Shown here one piece after another: positions 63,430 to 64,000 of a stretch of DNA of 64,000 nt. This stretch comes from Spirogloea muscicola. Lineage: Eukaryota. Under the pieces are notes generated by a model. That model was not told where the DNA came from, did no database searches, and saw nothing but the letters and a program-made list of their open reading frames with translations. The stretch lies in NCBI GenBank assembly GCA_009602725.1, contig WELB01000015.1:630391-694390 (forward strand). Reading direction: 5' to 3'. A program made the position numbers and the translations under genes. The first letter of the stretch is position 1. Every line of letters starts with the position of its first letter.

Positions 63430-63605
63430 CATGACCCCTTTCCAGTACTCAGGCATCGAGTAGCGACCTTTATGTATTGACCCGTGGTTGCTGAGCGGGT
63501 GTATCTGCTGTAGATGGTGTACGTCTCCAGACGTAGATGTGCTTCCCTTTTGTGCTTGGCCACTTGGCCTTTTGTTTGTTTCAAATACACGAAATTTCTC
63601 TTTTC
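63430..63605 (+). mobile_element. CRE-like subfamily B 3' end
   Basis: SDLYVLTRGC* plus UTR gagcgggt...gtgcttccc..ttcaaatacacg, shared with 2728-2817 and 54432-54535. Confidence 0.65.
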
Positions 63606-63696
63606 AATGGCAATCGTCTAAACGGCGGCGGGAGGTAACGGCGTTAACCGAGGTAGCCGTCGCCCTAGGCTTCGCCTGAAACCCTAAACCTAAACC

Positions 63697-63723
63697 ATGG
63701 CCGCGGCCATGGCCGTCGCCGCA

Positions 63724-63754
<31 letters not shown>

Positions 63755-63790
63755 CGGCGTGCGGGCCGCCGCGGGATGCGGCGGGAAACG
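63697..63790 (+). CDS. Possible first exon of a gene extending beyond the window
   Basis: Telo-box tract (aaaccctaaacctaaacc) directly before an ATG; MAAAMAVAAAGGG..DAAGN followed by a GTGGGC donor. No domain evidence. Confidence 0.25.
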
Positions 63791-64000
63791 TGGGCCTCCG
63801 ATGCCGGCACCCCGGCCGGCCGCTTGTAATGGCACATCCTTAGATCCTGCTCTGGTCACTCAGCCGGTTGATCTTCCAATTCTCGGATTTGCCCCCTGGC
63901 CGGGCGCCACAGCACTTTCGGCGACTGCACGTGCGCGTCCCCTAGACCGGCCTGGACTGCCCCCGCCGACTCGCGTCTTTTCGGGACACGCGGTGACTTG

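Noticed and set aside
1..64000. CRISPR array or autonomous transposon ORF
   Set aside because: The repeats are dispersed, truncated and on both strands, with no regular spacers. No RT, integrase, transposase or cas motifs appear in the ORF track.

Overview
This is GC-rich, intron-rich eukaryotic nuclear DNA with several N gaps. The gene set (plant-type LRR, NCA1, EREX-type PX protein, GPI stellacyanin) and the TTTAGGG-like tracts point to a streptophyte green alga; that assignment is inference. Spliced genes built by hand from GT/AG sites and family motifs: a secreted LRR protein with a Cys-rich tail (-), UDP-glucuronate decarboxylase UXS (+, first exon not found), DPH7 (-, 1-nt frameshift), NCA1 (-), a PX-domain EREX/EREL-like protein (+), a DPB3/NF-YC-type histone-fold protein (+), propionyl-CoA carboxylase beta (+), a stellacyanin-type phytocyanin (-), a RluA-family pseudouridine synthase (-, in-frame TAG), and a few partial or unknown CDS. 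Intergenic islands are packed with 5'-truncated 3' ends of CRE-like RLE non-LTR retrotransposons (ORF ends in SDLxxL[ST]RGY*; several copies have TSDs). There is also a complete non-autonomous LTR element (8645-11163; TGAAG TSD, tRNA-Met PBS, PPT) with two partial relatives. The most unusual signals are: (1) an unexplained ~1.3-kb region at 12.45-14.1 kb whose + strand folds into a long G-U-rich rod followed by many hairpins; (2) a TAG-CAG-TCA leaky-stop context in the pseudouridine synthase; (3) an intronic tRNA-like element with perfect A and B boxes. All folds and alignments were done by eye; none were computed.
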